Shown: one piece after another, positions 39,867-50,560 of the stretch | Numbering within the stretch: position 1 is the stretch's first letter | Layout: the number at the start of each line of letters is the position of its first letter | Assembly: GCA_013416795.1 (NCBI GenBank) | Contig: RQSC01001079.1 | Span: forward strand, 208,861 to 272,860 | Reading direction: 5' to 3' | Source: Prasinococcaceae sp. CCMP 1430 | Lineage: Eukaryota > Plantae > Prasinodermophyta | Length of the DNA: 64,000 nucleotides | The notes under the pieces: model-generated | Told to the model about the DNA's origin: nothing | What the model saw: the letters and a program-made list of their open reading frames with translations, nothing else | The model's database searches: none | Position numbers and translations under genes: made by a program

Positions 39867-40964
39867 ATGTCGGCGCGCATAAATGGTGGCGCCTGCGCTG
39901 CGCTGCACTCTAGCCCGCCGCGCGCGACACCCCTCGTCGAGCTGCGCAGTGTGAGCGCTGCCACCGGTTGCCGCGTGCTCGCCAAGTGCGAGCACCTCCA
40001 CCCAGGCGGCTCGGTGAAGGACCGCGCGGCGCACGCACTGGTATCGGCCGCTGAATCGTCTGGGCAGCTGAAGCCAGGGGGCGAGATTGTTCAGGCGACC
40101 GGCGGAAACACAGGCATCGCGCTCGCGATGCTCGCGGCGGCGCGCGGGTACAGGTGTACGGTCTTCGTGCCGGAGAACGTCTCCCCCGATAAGATCGAGC
40201 TGTTGCGCCTCTGCGGCGCCACGGTCGAGCTCTGTTCGCTCGTGAAGATAACGGATGAGGCGAACTACGTCAGACGCGCGGCGGCCTACGCCGCGTCGAC
40301 AGAGGGCGCGGTTCTGCCCGACCAGTTCGAGGACACTGTCAACGCCGACGCGCACTACAGCGGCACCGGGGCCGAAATCTGGGAGCAATCGGGAGGACGC
40401 GTGGATGGATTCGTCTGCGCAGCGGGAACGGGCGGGACGATCGCGGGCGTGTCTCGAGCACTTAAGGAGCACGCGCCTGACTGCTCGATTCGTCTCATCG
40501 ATCCCACCGGCTCCGGCCTGAAATGCTTCGTGGAGGAGGGGGAGTTCGCAAGCAGCGGCAGCTGCTTCATCGACGGGATTGGCATCTCACGCCTGACGGC
40601 CAACTTCGCACGCGCGCGCGTCGACGGCGCCTTCCGCGGCGATGACCGCGAGGAAGTGGAGATGGCACACTACCTTTTGCGCAACGAGGGGCTCTTCGTG
40701 GGACCGAGCGCGGCGCTGAACGTCGTGGGCGCTGTGAAACTCGCGCGAGAGCTCGCCTCCAAGGCGCGAGCAGGCGCGAGCGTGGACGCAGGCGCGCCTA
40801 CGGTGGTGACGATCCTCTGCGATGGTGGCGAACGCTACCGCAGCACCACCTTCAACGCCGCATGGCTTGCAGACAAGGGACTCACACCGGCGGGCGTGGG
40901 CGCCGATCTGAGCTTTGTCAGAGGCGCGGACGGCGAGGCATACGAGGTGACTCCGGCGCCCTGA
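39867..40964 (+). CDS. Cysteine synthase / PLP-dependent O-acetylserine thiol-lyase family
   Basis: AKCEHLHPGGSVKDRAA (PLP lysine), ATGGNTGIALA, DQFED, AAGTGGTIAG, EGLFVGPSAALN, VTILCDGGERYRS. Confidence 0.92.
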   Translation: MSARINGGACAALHSSPPRATPLVELRSVSAATGCRVLAKCEHLHPGGSVKDRAAHALVSAAESSGQLKPGGEIVQATGGNTGIALAMLAAARGYRCTVFVPENVSPDKIELLRLCGATVELCSLVKITDEANYVRRAAAYAASTEGAVLPDQFEDTVNADAHYSGTGAEIWEQSGGRVDGFVCAAGTGGTIAGVSRALKEHAPDCSIRLIDPTGSGLKCFVEEGEFASSGSCFIDGIGISRLTANFARARVDGAFRGDDREEVEMAHYLLRNEGLFVGPSAALNVVGAVKLARELASKARAGASVDAGAPTVVTILCDGGERYRSTTFNAAWLADKGLTPAGVGADLSFVRGADGEAYEVTPAP

Positions 40965-41091
40965 TGACACCCGCTCCACACGTGGGTGTATGTGTACAAC
41001 ATTTTGTATAAGAAGTGGTTGGGACTCTGGTGTGTGCGTGCGTGCGTGCGTGCGCGTGTTGACGTCTGCGAGCCCTCGCCCGTACCTCAAC

Positions 41092-42960
41092 TCACATGTA
41101 GCCGAGGACGGCACGTCTGACTCGCTCGGCCACATGAGGGTCTATCTCCTGAGCGGATCGGGCCGTGCGCTCCATGTCCTGCATGTCCTGCGCGTTTCGT
41201 GTGCGCGCGAGCCGCCCGGCTCGCTCGCCCGCCTCCTCGCCCGCCTGCGTGGCACGCATGGCCAGGCGCTCAAGGCGCTCCACGAGCGACATCTCGGACG
41301 TCGCCGACGCGCGTAGGCGCGCCGAGGCGACGTCGACACTTTCCATCGTCGCAATGCTGCGTGCACTGACGTGAATGCTGCGCGCGCTGGCGAGAATTTC
41401 GCGATCGCCGCGCTTGCAATCACGACCACCGTCGCCAGCGCTCGCGCGCCCACCTGCGTCTCCATCCGCGAGCAGTGTCTCGCGACACACCTCGTGCTCA
41501 CCGAGTCGATCGCTGCAGTCTTCGTGCGCGTCTTCGGCGCGTTTGGCCTCGGCGTGCCCGCCTCTTGCGGCACCAGTGTCCCGTGCTGTGCCGCCACCGC
41601 GCACGTTTTCCAGGCGCGCCTGCAGAGCGAGGACCGACGCACGCCGCTGTTGCATCTGCTCGGAGATGGTATTGAAAGCTGACTCGTCGCCGCCGCAGCC
41701 CCTACCGGTGCGAGCAGCACAAGCACTCGCGTGTTTGACTTTTGGCACTTCAAGGCTGGGCCTCGTCAGTGAAAGCGACGATACTGGCGTTATCCCAGCA
41801 CGAGGTGGCGTTTGGTAGAGGGGCGACCGCCATTGTGCCCGTGGGTGCGCCTGCAGTGACTCTTGCGGCGACGCTCGCGGCGACGCATGTCTCGCGTGCG
41901 CATTCTGCGAAAATTGCGAGTGCTCCCGCAGGGGCGGGCGGGGCGCCTTGCCATCGTCTTCCTGCGCCAGCGTGTCCGCTGTGCCCTCGTTTTCCCTGTA
42001 CAGCACATCGGCCGGGGGTGCGGGTTGCATCAGCCATGAGTCCAGGTCGAATGAGCGCGCGCTTGGGCGTGCGCCCGGCCGCGCGCGCAACTGCGCCTCG
42101 CCGCGAGCGCTCGCCCGCGTGCTCGCCGTGTGCCTCTCGCGCTCCTCTCGCATGCGGTCGCAAGCGGCACACATGACGTAGCACTCCTTGCCACGTGCTG
42201 AGTAGATGGTCCGCACGGCCGCCGGACGCGCGAGAGGCAGTACACCGAGCACGGTCTCACCAGCGGCCAGCGAGTCTTGGGAGCACGCGCCCGCAAGCGC
42301 CAGATGCGTGCACATCGCTACGCCGCGCTCGGACATGGCCGCGCGTGCCTTGACGGCATCGCGCGACACAGTCACCCGCTCTCGCGCGCCAAGCGCCTCG
42401 CCGCTCGCCTCACTGGCGCCTCGTCGCGATCCCAGCTCGCCAGCCGCGCTCGGCGCTCGGCACGACTCCTCGCCCGACGAGCTGGCGTCGCCATCGTCTT
42501 CGTCGAATCCCGCCCCGCGCGGCCGCGTGGATGCGACAAAGCCGCGCTCGTCATGCGGGCCTGCACATCGCGACGCCGCGCCCACAGTGCCGAGGTCCCA
42601 GAGCGAGCTCCCGTACGCGTGTTCGTCTTCCTGACCACCTGTCGACCAACGCGGCGCGTCATTCCCCTCCCGCTCGTGCAGCCCGAGGATGCCGAGGAGC
42701 CGCCTCGCGGCCGCCCCGTCGTCGTCGCGCCGCTCGGGCAGTCCCGCGTCCAGAGCTCGCGCGCCCCGCGCGCGCTCGGCCCGGGTGAGCGCGCCTGAGC
42801 GCGCCGTGGCGGCCTTTTTTGCCTTCGCGGGCTTTCTGGCGGTGGCCTTTGCCTTCTTCCCCTTGCCGGACTTGTTCCCCTTGGTCGCCGCCCCCTTCTT
42901 CTTCTTAGCGGCCTTTGCGTGAGGGGGGCCGGCTGCTGCCGGCGCCGGCTTCGATTCCAT
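41092..42960 (-). CDS. Hypothetical protein, largely disordered, with a K-rich N-terminus and a small Cys cluster (C-x3-C-x2-C)
   Basis: Long ORF with protein-like composition and no recognised family. Start could also be 43074. Confidence 0.55.
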   Translation of the reverse strand: MESKPAPAAAGPPHAKAAKKKKGAATKGNKSGKGKKAKATARKPAKAKKAATARSGALTRAERARGARALDAGLPERRDDDGAAARRLLGILGLHEREGNDAPRWSTGGQEDEHAYGSSLWDLGTVGAASRCAGPHDERGFVASTRPRGAGFDEDDGDASSSGEESCRAPSAAGELGSRRGASEASGEALGARERVTVSRDAVKARAAMSERGVAMCTHLALAGACSQDSLAAGETVLGVLPLARPAAVRTIYSARGKECYVMCAACDRMREERERHTASTRASARGEAQLRARPGARPSARSFDLDSWLMQPAPPADVLYRENEGTADTLAQEDDGKAPRPPLREHSQFSQNAHARHASPRASPQESLQAHPRAQWRSPLYQTPPRAGITPVSSLSLTRPSLEVPKVKHASACAARTGRGCGGDESAFNTISEQMQQRRASVLALQARLENVRGGGTARDTGAARGGHAEAKRAEDAHEDCSDRLGEHEVCRETLLADGDAGGRASAGDGGRDCKRGDREILASARSIHVSARSIATMESVDVASARLRASATSEMSLVERLERLAMRATQAGEEAGERAGRLARTRNAQDMQDMERTARSAQEIDPHVAERVRRAVLGYM

Positions 42961-43644
42961 CGCGGCTCCCGGCGCGCCACATCGCGCACTCGGCGCTCGC
43001 TGTGGCGGCGCCGGGCGCACACCCGCCCCGCCGTCAGTCAGCGCCCCCGCCACCCCCTCTCGGCTGTGCTCCATCGCTCTCGCGCGCGCGCGCCGGGGCG
43101 ATCGCGGGCGCTCGCCGCTGCGCCGCATTTCCGGGTCCGTTCCTGTGATACGCGCCGGCGGCGCGCGTGCCGCGGCCCCGCTGCGCCCTGAATCCCCATC
43201 CGGAGCCTGGTCCGTCGTCCGCGCGGACACTCTCCCGAATTTCGTACTGCGCGGAACGCCGCCGGGCGACGCCGTCACGTTGCCCTTTTCCCGATTCTGT
43301 TTTCACACTCACCGCGCGACAAATTATTACAGCCTTTCTGGACTATTTTTTAACGGAAGAAGATCCATTTCACCCACCGACGCATGGGAAACGCCGCAGA
43401 ACGAAACTTTTCCTTTTTTATTTTTTTGGCGCGCGCCGTGCCGTCCATCGATCGATGACGTGCATCTTTTACATGGGCCAGCAACGGTCGATTTTTTTTC
43501 GGGGAAGAAAAAAGTGGGAGGGGTGGCGCGGGCGGGAAAAAAGGGGTGAGGGAGAGCGCATATCAAATCGCCTGCGGCTGCGGCGCAGTTTGAAGTCGTG
43601 TTCCCCGAGCGCGCGGCGCGGCGCGCGCGCGCTGTCGGGGTGGG

Positions 43645-46600
43645 GTGGGAAAAAACCTTTCCTTTATGACAAACACATGTTTTCTCGCTCGCAAACAAGG
43701 GAAACCAGACCGGAGAACCCAAAGAAGGAAAGAAGCATCCGCCCCCTCCAAGGGCAGCGGCACGGTGTCCGAGGACAAGTACCTCACGCTCGAGGCCGAG
43801 TACCGCATCCTCAAGAAGGAGCACGCCGAGCGCGAGGGGAAGCAGAAGGTGCTGCTCGCGCGGCTCGCGCGCACGGAGGAGGCCGCGAAGCGTGCGATGC
43901 TCAAGGCGGGGCATGGCAAGGGGACGCTCAGCGTGGCCAAGCAGTTCGACTTCGAGGCGGAGAACGCCGAGCTCCACGACAAGCTGCGCGAGGCGCAGCG
44001 CAAGATCGACGCGCAGCACGAGCGGGTGCTGCACTTCAAGAACGTCGCGAAGGACTACAAGGCCAAGCTCGCCGACGCGATGCGCCTGGCCAAGTCGCAC
44101 CGCGCGGGGCGTGGCACCATCGGCGGAGGGGCCGGCCGCAAGAGCCACCTCATCGCCGTGCCAGAGCCCCTGGCCCAGGGCGGGGCGGCCACGGGCGGCG
44201 AACAGCTCGCCCTCGCGTCCGCCGAGGCCGCGAGGCAGTTCATGGCGCTCCGCCGCGAGCTCGAGGCGCTGCGGGAGGAGAACGCGGAGCTCACGACCAA
44301 GATCGCCGAGCAGGGCGAGGGCGCCCAGACCGCCCAGGCGCCCGCGGCGCCCGCGGCGACCACCACCGAGGCGCCTGCGCCGGCCGAGGCGGAGAGCGCC
44401 GATCGCCTGCGCCGCGAGGTCGCCACGCTGCGCAGGGAGCTCGCGGACGCCCGCGCCGCGGCGGCCGAGGCGGACCCCCTCATCGCGCCGCGCATCGTCT
44501 CGGGAGACGTCGAGCTCGCCGCCGAGGTCAAATCGGCCTGGGAGCACGTGGCGCGCCTGCAAGCGCGCTACGACTCGGCGCACGGCAACCTGGATGGCAT
44601 CAAGGCGAACCACGAGCGCGTGCTCAACAGCCTGGACGAGTCGAACAGGGCCCTCGCGGTGGAGCGCAAACGCTCCCTCGAGCTCGAATCGCAGGTGCGT
44701 CGGCTGCAGGTTGAGATCGCCGGCCTGGAGGACTACAAGCTGATGCTGCAGGAGGCGCGCGCCGAGATCGTGGTCCTCAGCAAGGAGAACACAGAGCTGC
44801 TCAACTCGGCGATGAAGGCGCCAGCCACTGCCATGGAGGAGGCCCGCTCGCTGCGGCAGCAGATCGCCCAGCACGAGCGCGAGCGGGCCGACATGGAGAT
44901 CGCCCACGCCAAGGCGCGCATGGAGGCCGTGGAGGGCCGCGCCTCGGCGCCCGACGCCACGCAGCTGGAGGTGTTCAAGCTGCGCGCCGAGCTCACCGTC
45001 GCTCGCGAGCGCATCAAGGCGCTCGAGGAAGCTACCATGTCCGCAGAGGAGATCCGAGCGCAGCTGCCGCCCGAGGCGTCGGCGCCACCGACCCCGGCGC
45101 GCCCCGGCGCGCAGCAGGCGAGCGCCCCGCCCACGCCTCTGCCCGCGCCCGACCTGAGCCCAGAGATGTACGAGGCGCTGGGCATTTCCTCGGACGTGGC
45201 CACCCTGCAGGCAGAACTGGTGACGGCGCGGCAGGAGATCTCGCGCTTGCACGCCGAGCTGGACAAGGCCAAGAAGATGCTGGCGGTGCAGGAGGAGATC
45301 GCGGCCGAGTACAAGGCCGGCGCAGAGGCGGCGGGCGCGACGTCCGCGAAGGGCACCGCCGGGGGGGACAGGGCCATCGCACAGGACCGCGAGATCGCCA
45401 GGCTGCGCGATCGCGTGCGCAAGCTCGAGGCGCAGCTCGTGGGCAGCGGCCGCGACAACACTCGAACGCTGCGGGCCGGTTCCGAGGCCGTGGACGTCGC
45501 CACGCCCGCCTCGGCCGCGAACGACGCGCAGGTGCTCGCCGCGTGCGCCGCCGACGAGAGCGTCTTCGAGCTGGTGCTCCAGAGCGCCGAGCTGAAGCCC
45601 TCGGCGACGATGGGCGCGCGCTCGAGCACCTTCCTCTCGGTGGACTTTTACGAGCACGAGACCCAGGCGACCGCCGTTCAGGCGGGCCTGCGACCGGAGT
45701 TCAACGCGACGCTGCACTACGTGTGCAAGGCGGACGAATTCCTGGCCAGGCACATGGTGGAGAAGCAGCTGGTGGTCGAGCTGCAGCGCGCCGCGGGGGT
45801 GAACTTTTCGCAGCTGGGCGTCGCCGTGCTTGACATGCGACAGGCTCTGCGCGCCTCCGCGTACGGCGAGCGGCACGCCGGCGGCGTGGTTGACATCACG
45901 TCGCCCGCGGGCGTCGCCCTCGGCAAGCTGCGCTATTCGGCGCGCCTGTTGCGCGCGCTGCCGCCCAGCGCGGTGGCCGCGGCAGAGGCGGCCGCGGCGG
46001 ACCTCATCCTGAGCAGCGCGTCGGCGGGCGGCGCGGGCAGCAGCGGCGCGCGGCCAACGTCCGCCGTGCGTGTCATCGTCGAGCGCTGCGTGCGCCTTCG
46101 GCAGCGGCCGGGCGCGGAGGGCGGGGAGGCGGCCATGCGGCCGTACGTGAGCTACACGCTGCCCGGGTGCCGGCGGCACGACACCGCCGTGCAGCGCGGC
46201 GCTGATCCCGTCTTCAACGACGCGCGCGCCATCCCTCACGAGCGCGAGGGCTCGAGCGCCGATCGGCTGGCGGGCGGCGTGCTGGACCTGCAGGTCTTCG
46301 ACGACGAGGCCCCCGAGGACGACGCCGAGGCCGGCGTGGTGGGCCTCTGCGAGGTCCCCCTGGCGGACTTCGTGCGCTCGGGCCTGCCGCTTTCGGGTGC
46401 CTTTCCCCTCCGGGATCGCTTCGGCGCGCCCACGGGTCACGTGGTGCTGCACGTGGTGTGGCAGGACGCGCGCACGGAGGACGGCGTCGCCGCGCTGGCG
46501 CGCCAGCAGTCGGGATGGGGCATTGCCCGGACGGACGGAGACGCCGCGCTCGAGGCGGCCGAGGCCGCAACGGCGGCCGTCGGCGCGGCCGCCACCGCCA

Positions 46601-47211
46601 AGGCGCTTCCCGTGCCGCCGCCGCCGGTCGAGCTGCCGCCGGGCCTTCCCGACCCGTCGCAGCACGTGATCCTGTCGGTGCACAGCGTGGCGGTCGGCGA
46701 GGCTGCGCTCGCTGCGCTGGGCGCGAAGCGCATGTTCGTCCTGTACGAGTTCCTGACGGACTTCTGCGACGTGAGCGACCAGCGCACGCCGTCGGTGGAG
46801 GCCGCGGCCAACGTGGATTTCGGCTTCACGCGCGCGTTCAACGTGGACGCGGCTGCGCACCCGGAGGCGGCGGAGGCGCTCGTGCGCATGGCCAGCGCGA
46901 GCGGCAGCGAGGCCTCCATCTCTTTCTCCTTTGTGTCGGAGGACGGCGCCAACGCCGAGGAGCTCGCCGAGTTCGCGTACGGCGAGCTGAGCCTCGCGGA
47001 GCTGCTCGCGTCCGGCGGCGACTACGTCGAGAGGGAGGTCACCATGGTGGGTGCGGAGGGCGAGCAGGTGGGCACAGCCACGGTGACGCTCATCGCCTAC
47101 CGTGCGCTGGCGTCCGTCAAGGCCGCTTCCTCCGACGGCGCGGCGGCGCTGCCAGCCACCGCGGCCACGCCCTCCGCCGCGGCAGGGTCCGCGGCCGCTG
47201 CCGCGCAGTAG
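43645..47211 (+). CDS. RPGRIP1L: RPGRIP1L/Fantom-like ciliary transition-zone protein (coiled coil + three C2 domains)
   Basis: EDKYLTLEAEYRILKK N-terminal coiled coil, STFLSVDFYEHETQAT...PEFNATLHY C2 domain, central C2, C-terminal RPGR-binding-type C2 (MFVLYEFL). Confidence 0.85.
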   Translation: MGKNLSFMTNTCFLARKQGKPDRRTQRRKEASAPSKGSGTVSEDKYLTLEAEYRILKKEHAEREGKQKVLLARLARTEEAAKRAMLKAGHGKGTLSVAKQFDFEAENAELHDKLREAQRKIDAQHERVLHFKNVAKDYKAKLADAMRLAKSHRAGRGTIGGGAGRKSHLIAVPEPLAQGGAATGGEQLALASAEAARQFMALRRELEALREENAELTTKIAEQGEGAQTAQAPAAPAATTTEAPAPAEAESADRLRREVATLRRELADARAAAAEADPLIAPRIVSGDVELAAEVKSAWEHVARLQARYDSAHGNLDGIKANHERVLNSLDESNRALAVERKRSLELESQVRRLQVEIAGLEDYKLMLQEARAEIVVLSKENTELLNSAMKAPATAMEEARSLRQQIAQHERERADMEIAHAKARMEAVEGRASAPDATQLEVFKLRAELTVARERIKALEEATMSAEEIRAQLPPEASAPPTPARPGAQQASAPPTPLPAPDLSPEMYEALGISSDVATLQAELVTARQEISRLHAELDKAKKMLAVQEEIAAEYKAGAEAAGATSAKGTAGGDRAIAQDREIARLRDRVRKLEAQLVGSGRDNTRTLRAGSEAVDVATPASAANDAQVLAACAADESVFELVLQSAELKPSATMGARSSTFLSVDFYEHETQATAVQAGLRPEFNATLHYVCKADEFLARHMVEKQLVVELQRAAGVNFSQLGVAVLDMRQALRASAYGERHAGGVVDITSPAGVALGKLRYSARLLRALPPSAVAAAEAAAADLILSSASAGGAGSSGARPTSAVRVIVERCVRLRQRPGAEGGEAAMRPYVSYTLPGCRRHDTAVQRGADPVFNDARAIPHEREGSSADRLAGGVLDLQVFDDEAPEDDAEAGVVGLCEVPLADFVRSGLPLSGAFPLRDRFGAPTGHVVLHVVWQDARTEDGVAALARQQSGWGIARTDGDAALEAAEAATAAVGAAATAKALPVPPPPVELPPGLPDPSQHVILSVHSVAVGEAALAALGAKRMFVLYEFLTDFCDVSDQRTPSVEAAANVDFGFTRAFNVDAAAHPEAAEALVRMASASGSEASISFSFVSEDGANAEELAEFAYGELSLAELLASGGDYVEREVTMVGAEGEQVGTATVTLIAYRALASVKAASSDGAAALPATAATPSAAAGSAAAAAQ

Positions 47212-47406
47212 CGAGGCGGCGCTTCCGTCGCGGCGGGCGCCGTTGGTTCGATGGCGCTTCAGGCCCACCTGTCATGCTGGCCGCCGCCGCGCACGCCCCC
47301 CACACCGCTCCTAGCTCTAGAAGAGGCAATCTCTCCACACGGCGGCACACGTCTCTGGCAGCCCGCGCGCCCGCGCCTTCCGCTTCGCGCCGCAATGTGT
47401 TCTTCC

Positions 47407-48455
47407 TCAGCTCATGAATAGCTTCTCGCACTGCGCGCGCGTGTCGTCCGGGCTGGTGACGGTGTTTCCCTTGGTGCGCGCGTCGGTGAAGATCTCGAAG
47501 TCGTTGCCGCCCTCGTACGTCTTGTCCCCGAAGAAGTAGATGTCGTCGAAGCCGTCCTTCTCCACGAACTGCAAGCAGAACGTCTTGTCCCAGCCGTTGG
47601 GGAAGACGTCGAAGGAGATCTGGCCGCCGATCGAGTAGGTGAGTCCGAAGTCGGCGAACTCTTTCCTGAGGGTCGCGACCATGGTCTTGCGCACGTTCGC
47701 CTCCTTGTCGAACTGCTCGAACGCGTCGCGCTCTTCCTGCGAGCAGTTGCGGCCGATGGGGCTCACGTTGAGCATGCCGGCGCGAAACTCGATGAACGTG
47801 CCGCGCTTGACGGGGATGTCCAGGTCGGCGATGTAGTGCAGCACGAAGTTGATGAACTTCTTGAGCTTGTCCTCGCCCAGCCACGACTTGAAGTCCTGCT
47901 GGGCGATCAGCTCGCCCGCCTGTAGCGCCAGCGCGATGTGTGCGCGCGTGCGTGTGTGTATTTGTGTGTGTGTGTGGGGGGGGGGGGGGGGCGGGGAGGA
48001 TTTTGAAGGGGTGGAGGCGAGCCGGAATGTGTGCGCGCGTGCGTGTGTGTATTTGTGTGTGTGTGTGGGGGGGGGGGGGGTGCGGGGAGGATTTTGAAGG
48101 GGTGGAGGCGAGCCGGCGCGCGACGCACGCGATTGGGCAAAGTCAGCGCATGCGCAGCATCGCGCGGCGTCGCGCGGCTGTGCGTCGCGACCCCGCGCGC
48201 GCGTGGCGTCCCCCCCCCCCGCCGCACCTTGTGAGCCATGAGGCCGTTCTCAGAGAAGACGTAGTCGTAGTCGGTGGTCACGGAGTCGCCGATCTGCTCC
48301 TTGATCTTCTTGAGGTCCGATCCGCCGACGATGCCCACCGTGACCACCTTGCGCAGCTCCTGCATGAACGCGAGCATCTCGGGCGTCGCCTTGCCGCGCG
48401 GCTTGCTCAGCGTGCCGTCGACGTCGAAGAGCGCGATGCGCTTGCCGCCCGCCAT
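47407..48455 (-). CDS. PMM: Eukaryotic phosphomannomutase (HAD); intron 47920-48227
   Basis: [82 protein letters not shown]. Confidence 0.95.
47936..48116. repeat. Tandem duplication of a ~90 bp (GT)n/poly-G unit inside the PMM intron
   Basis: 47936-48025 and 48027-48116 are near-identical. Confidence 0.9.
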
Positions 48456-48965
48456 CGCGGTCCGCGGCTCGCGGCGGTGGCGCGGTGCCGCCGACGCGGA
48501 GAGGTGTGGCGCGGCCGAGGCACCCGGGCGCGGAAGGCGGAAGAGCGCGAGGCGGGCGCGCGTCGCACGCGCGTGCGCCGCGGTGTGGCGGGACGCCCCG
48601 AGCGGCCGTGCGCCAACACCCCGAAGCCCCCGTCTGGGACACACACCCCACAGCACAGCCTCAAGATGCTCGCGTGCGTCACACGTGGCAAGTTGGCGAG
48701 CAAATGGCGAGCATTGGCACCCTTTTCGGGATATGGGACGGGGTGCGCGGCGGCGCGCGCCGGGCGCGCGCGCGCGCGCGCCAAGGCAGGGAACGGATCC
48801 TGGGCGGGCCGCCGATCGGCCGGCCGTCGCAGCGCGCAGCGCCATCTCGCGAACCCTCCATCCACGAGCAGTCCTGCGTACCCTAAAGAAGAAAGGATCC
48901 GGCAACTGTCCGACGCGCACGCACCCACGCGCGCACTGGACTGGTAATCGGTGTGCCATTGGTTG

Positions 48966-48966
<1 letters not shown>

Positions 48967-49028
<62 letters not shown>

Positions 49029-49042
49029 NNNNNNNNNNNNNN
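48967..49042. other. Poly-G run (~62 nt) abutting a 14-nt N gap
   Basis: Read directly. Probably a sequencing or assembly artefact in the PMM/GST divergent promoter. Confidence 0.9.
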
Positions 49043-49105
49043 GCAGAGCGGGCGCGCGGGCCGGTGCGCGCGCGCGCCCGGCGGCGGGACGGAAGGCGCG
49101 AGGCG

Positions 49106-49956
49106 ATGGCGCCGGTGCTGGGCTACTGGAAGATCCGAGGGCTCGGCGCGGCCGTGCGGCTGCTCGCCGCGCACGCGGGCGCCGAGCTGGACGAGGCGCT
49201 CTACGAGGTGCCCGCGAGCGACCCGAAGGACAGGAGCGCGTGGACGGACGTCAAGGAGACGCTCGAGCTGGACTTCCCGAACCTGCCATACTACATCGAC
49301 GCCGAGGAGGGCGTGTCGCTCACGCAGTCGCTGGCCATCCTCACCTTCGTGGCCGCGAAGCACGGATACGAGCCCGGCACCGCGGCCGCGCGGGCGCGGG
49401 TCGACATGCTGCTCGGCGCGGCCATGGACCTGAGCAACTTCTTCACGCGCTGGTGCTACGGCACGTACGCGCCCGAGGCGCACGGCGAGTACGCGCGGCG
49501 CGTGACGCCCATGCTCCAGCGCTTCGAGGGGGCGCTCGGCGACCAGCGCTGGTTCGCAGGCGAGCGGATCACCGCGGCGGACTTCCTGCTGTACCACCTG
49601 CTCGAGGCGCATCTCATCTACGAGCCCGAGCTGTTCGACGCGCTGCCCAGGCTCCGCGCCTTCATCGACCGGTTCGAGGCGGAGGACCGCCTTCGAGCGT
49701 ACATTACCACCGACGCGTACATCGTGCGTGCGCGCCCCGCGCGTCCCCCCCGCCTCTGCCCGAGCGGGGCGGGCGAGCGAGCGGCGCGCGCCGGCGGTCC
49801 CTCTGACGCGCCGCCACCCGTGCGCCTGCCGCGACCGTTCGCCGCCGTCGCCGCGCCCCGCAGCACTGGCCGCTGAACAACACGTCCGCAAAGTGGGGCG
49901 GCTGCCGGCAGGCGTGCCCGCTGCCGCTGCTCGAGCGCCTCAAGGGCGCGAAGTGA
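49106..49956 (+). CDS. GST: Mu-class-like glutathione S-transferase; intron 49724-49863
   Basis: VLGYWKIRGLG, LDFPNLPYYID, LTQSLAIL, WFAGERITAADFLLY. Spliced last exon HWPLNNTSAKWG. Confidence 0.88.
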
Positions 49957-50192
49957 GCGAAGGCGGGCAAGCAGCGCGCGCGCGCGCGCGCCGCCGCTGT
50001 CGATTCTCGCACGCGAGCGCGCACTGGCACTCCCTGGCTGTAGCTAGGTACGTACGTACCTCCGTCGATGTTTACACGCGAGCGCACACTGGTGCACTCG
50101 TTCACACGCACGCGCACGCGCGGGCGCGAGCGGGCGCTGGGGGAATCCGCCGGCTGCGTCGGCCGCCCGCGGCGCGCTCGTCTCGGCCGCGA

Positions 50193-50560
50193 CTACTCCA
50201 CTGCTGCCGGTGGTGCTGGCGCATCGGCCGCCAGCACGCCCACGGCGTCCGCGGCGACAGCGTCCGCGGCGCCCATGTCCGCGTCGGCGCTCGCGACGCC
50301 AGCCGCGCTCGAGCCATCGATGTCAACGTACACCTCCATGCTGCCGCACTCGTTGCCGAACGCCAGTCGCTCCCAGCACCACTCGACCTCCTGGCCGAAG
50401 TAAATTGGCAGGCCAATGGCAATGAGTATCTGCGGCACGATGAAGAACACGCCGAGGAACGCGCTGAAGCCGACGATCCCGGCGAGCTGCGAGAGGCCGC
50501 CCTCGAGGGTGGTGATGTTGGACAAGCCTCCCTCGACGACGTACGTGTCCTCGTCCCTGT
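50193..50560 (-). CDS. Hypothetical small membrane protein, 3' exon only; 5' exon(s) unresolved
   Basis: Segment DTYVVEGGLSNITTLEGGLSQLAGIVGFSAFLGVFFIVPQILIAIGLPIYFG is hydrophobic with host-like codon usage. Confidence 0.45.

Noticed and set aside
34282-47268. Very long ORFs antisense to real genes (e.g. 34282..36597 +, 43327..47268 -, 31145..32584 -, 58976..60514 -)
   Set aside because: They mirror well-supported genes on the opposite strand; GC-rich codon bias suppresses stops in shadow frames. No recognisable motifs.
496-49956. Redox/thiol gene cluster (ohr fragment, GPX, cysteine synthase, GST)
   Set aside because: The genes are spread over 50 kb among unrelated housekeeping genes, and ohr is a non-functional fragment; no evidence of a true cluster.
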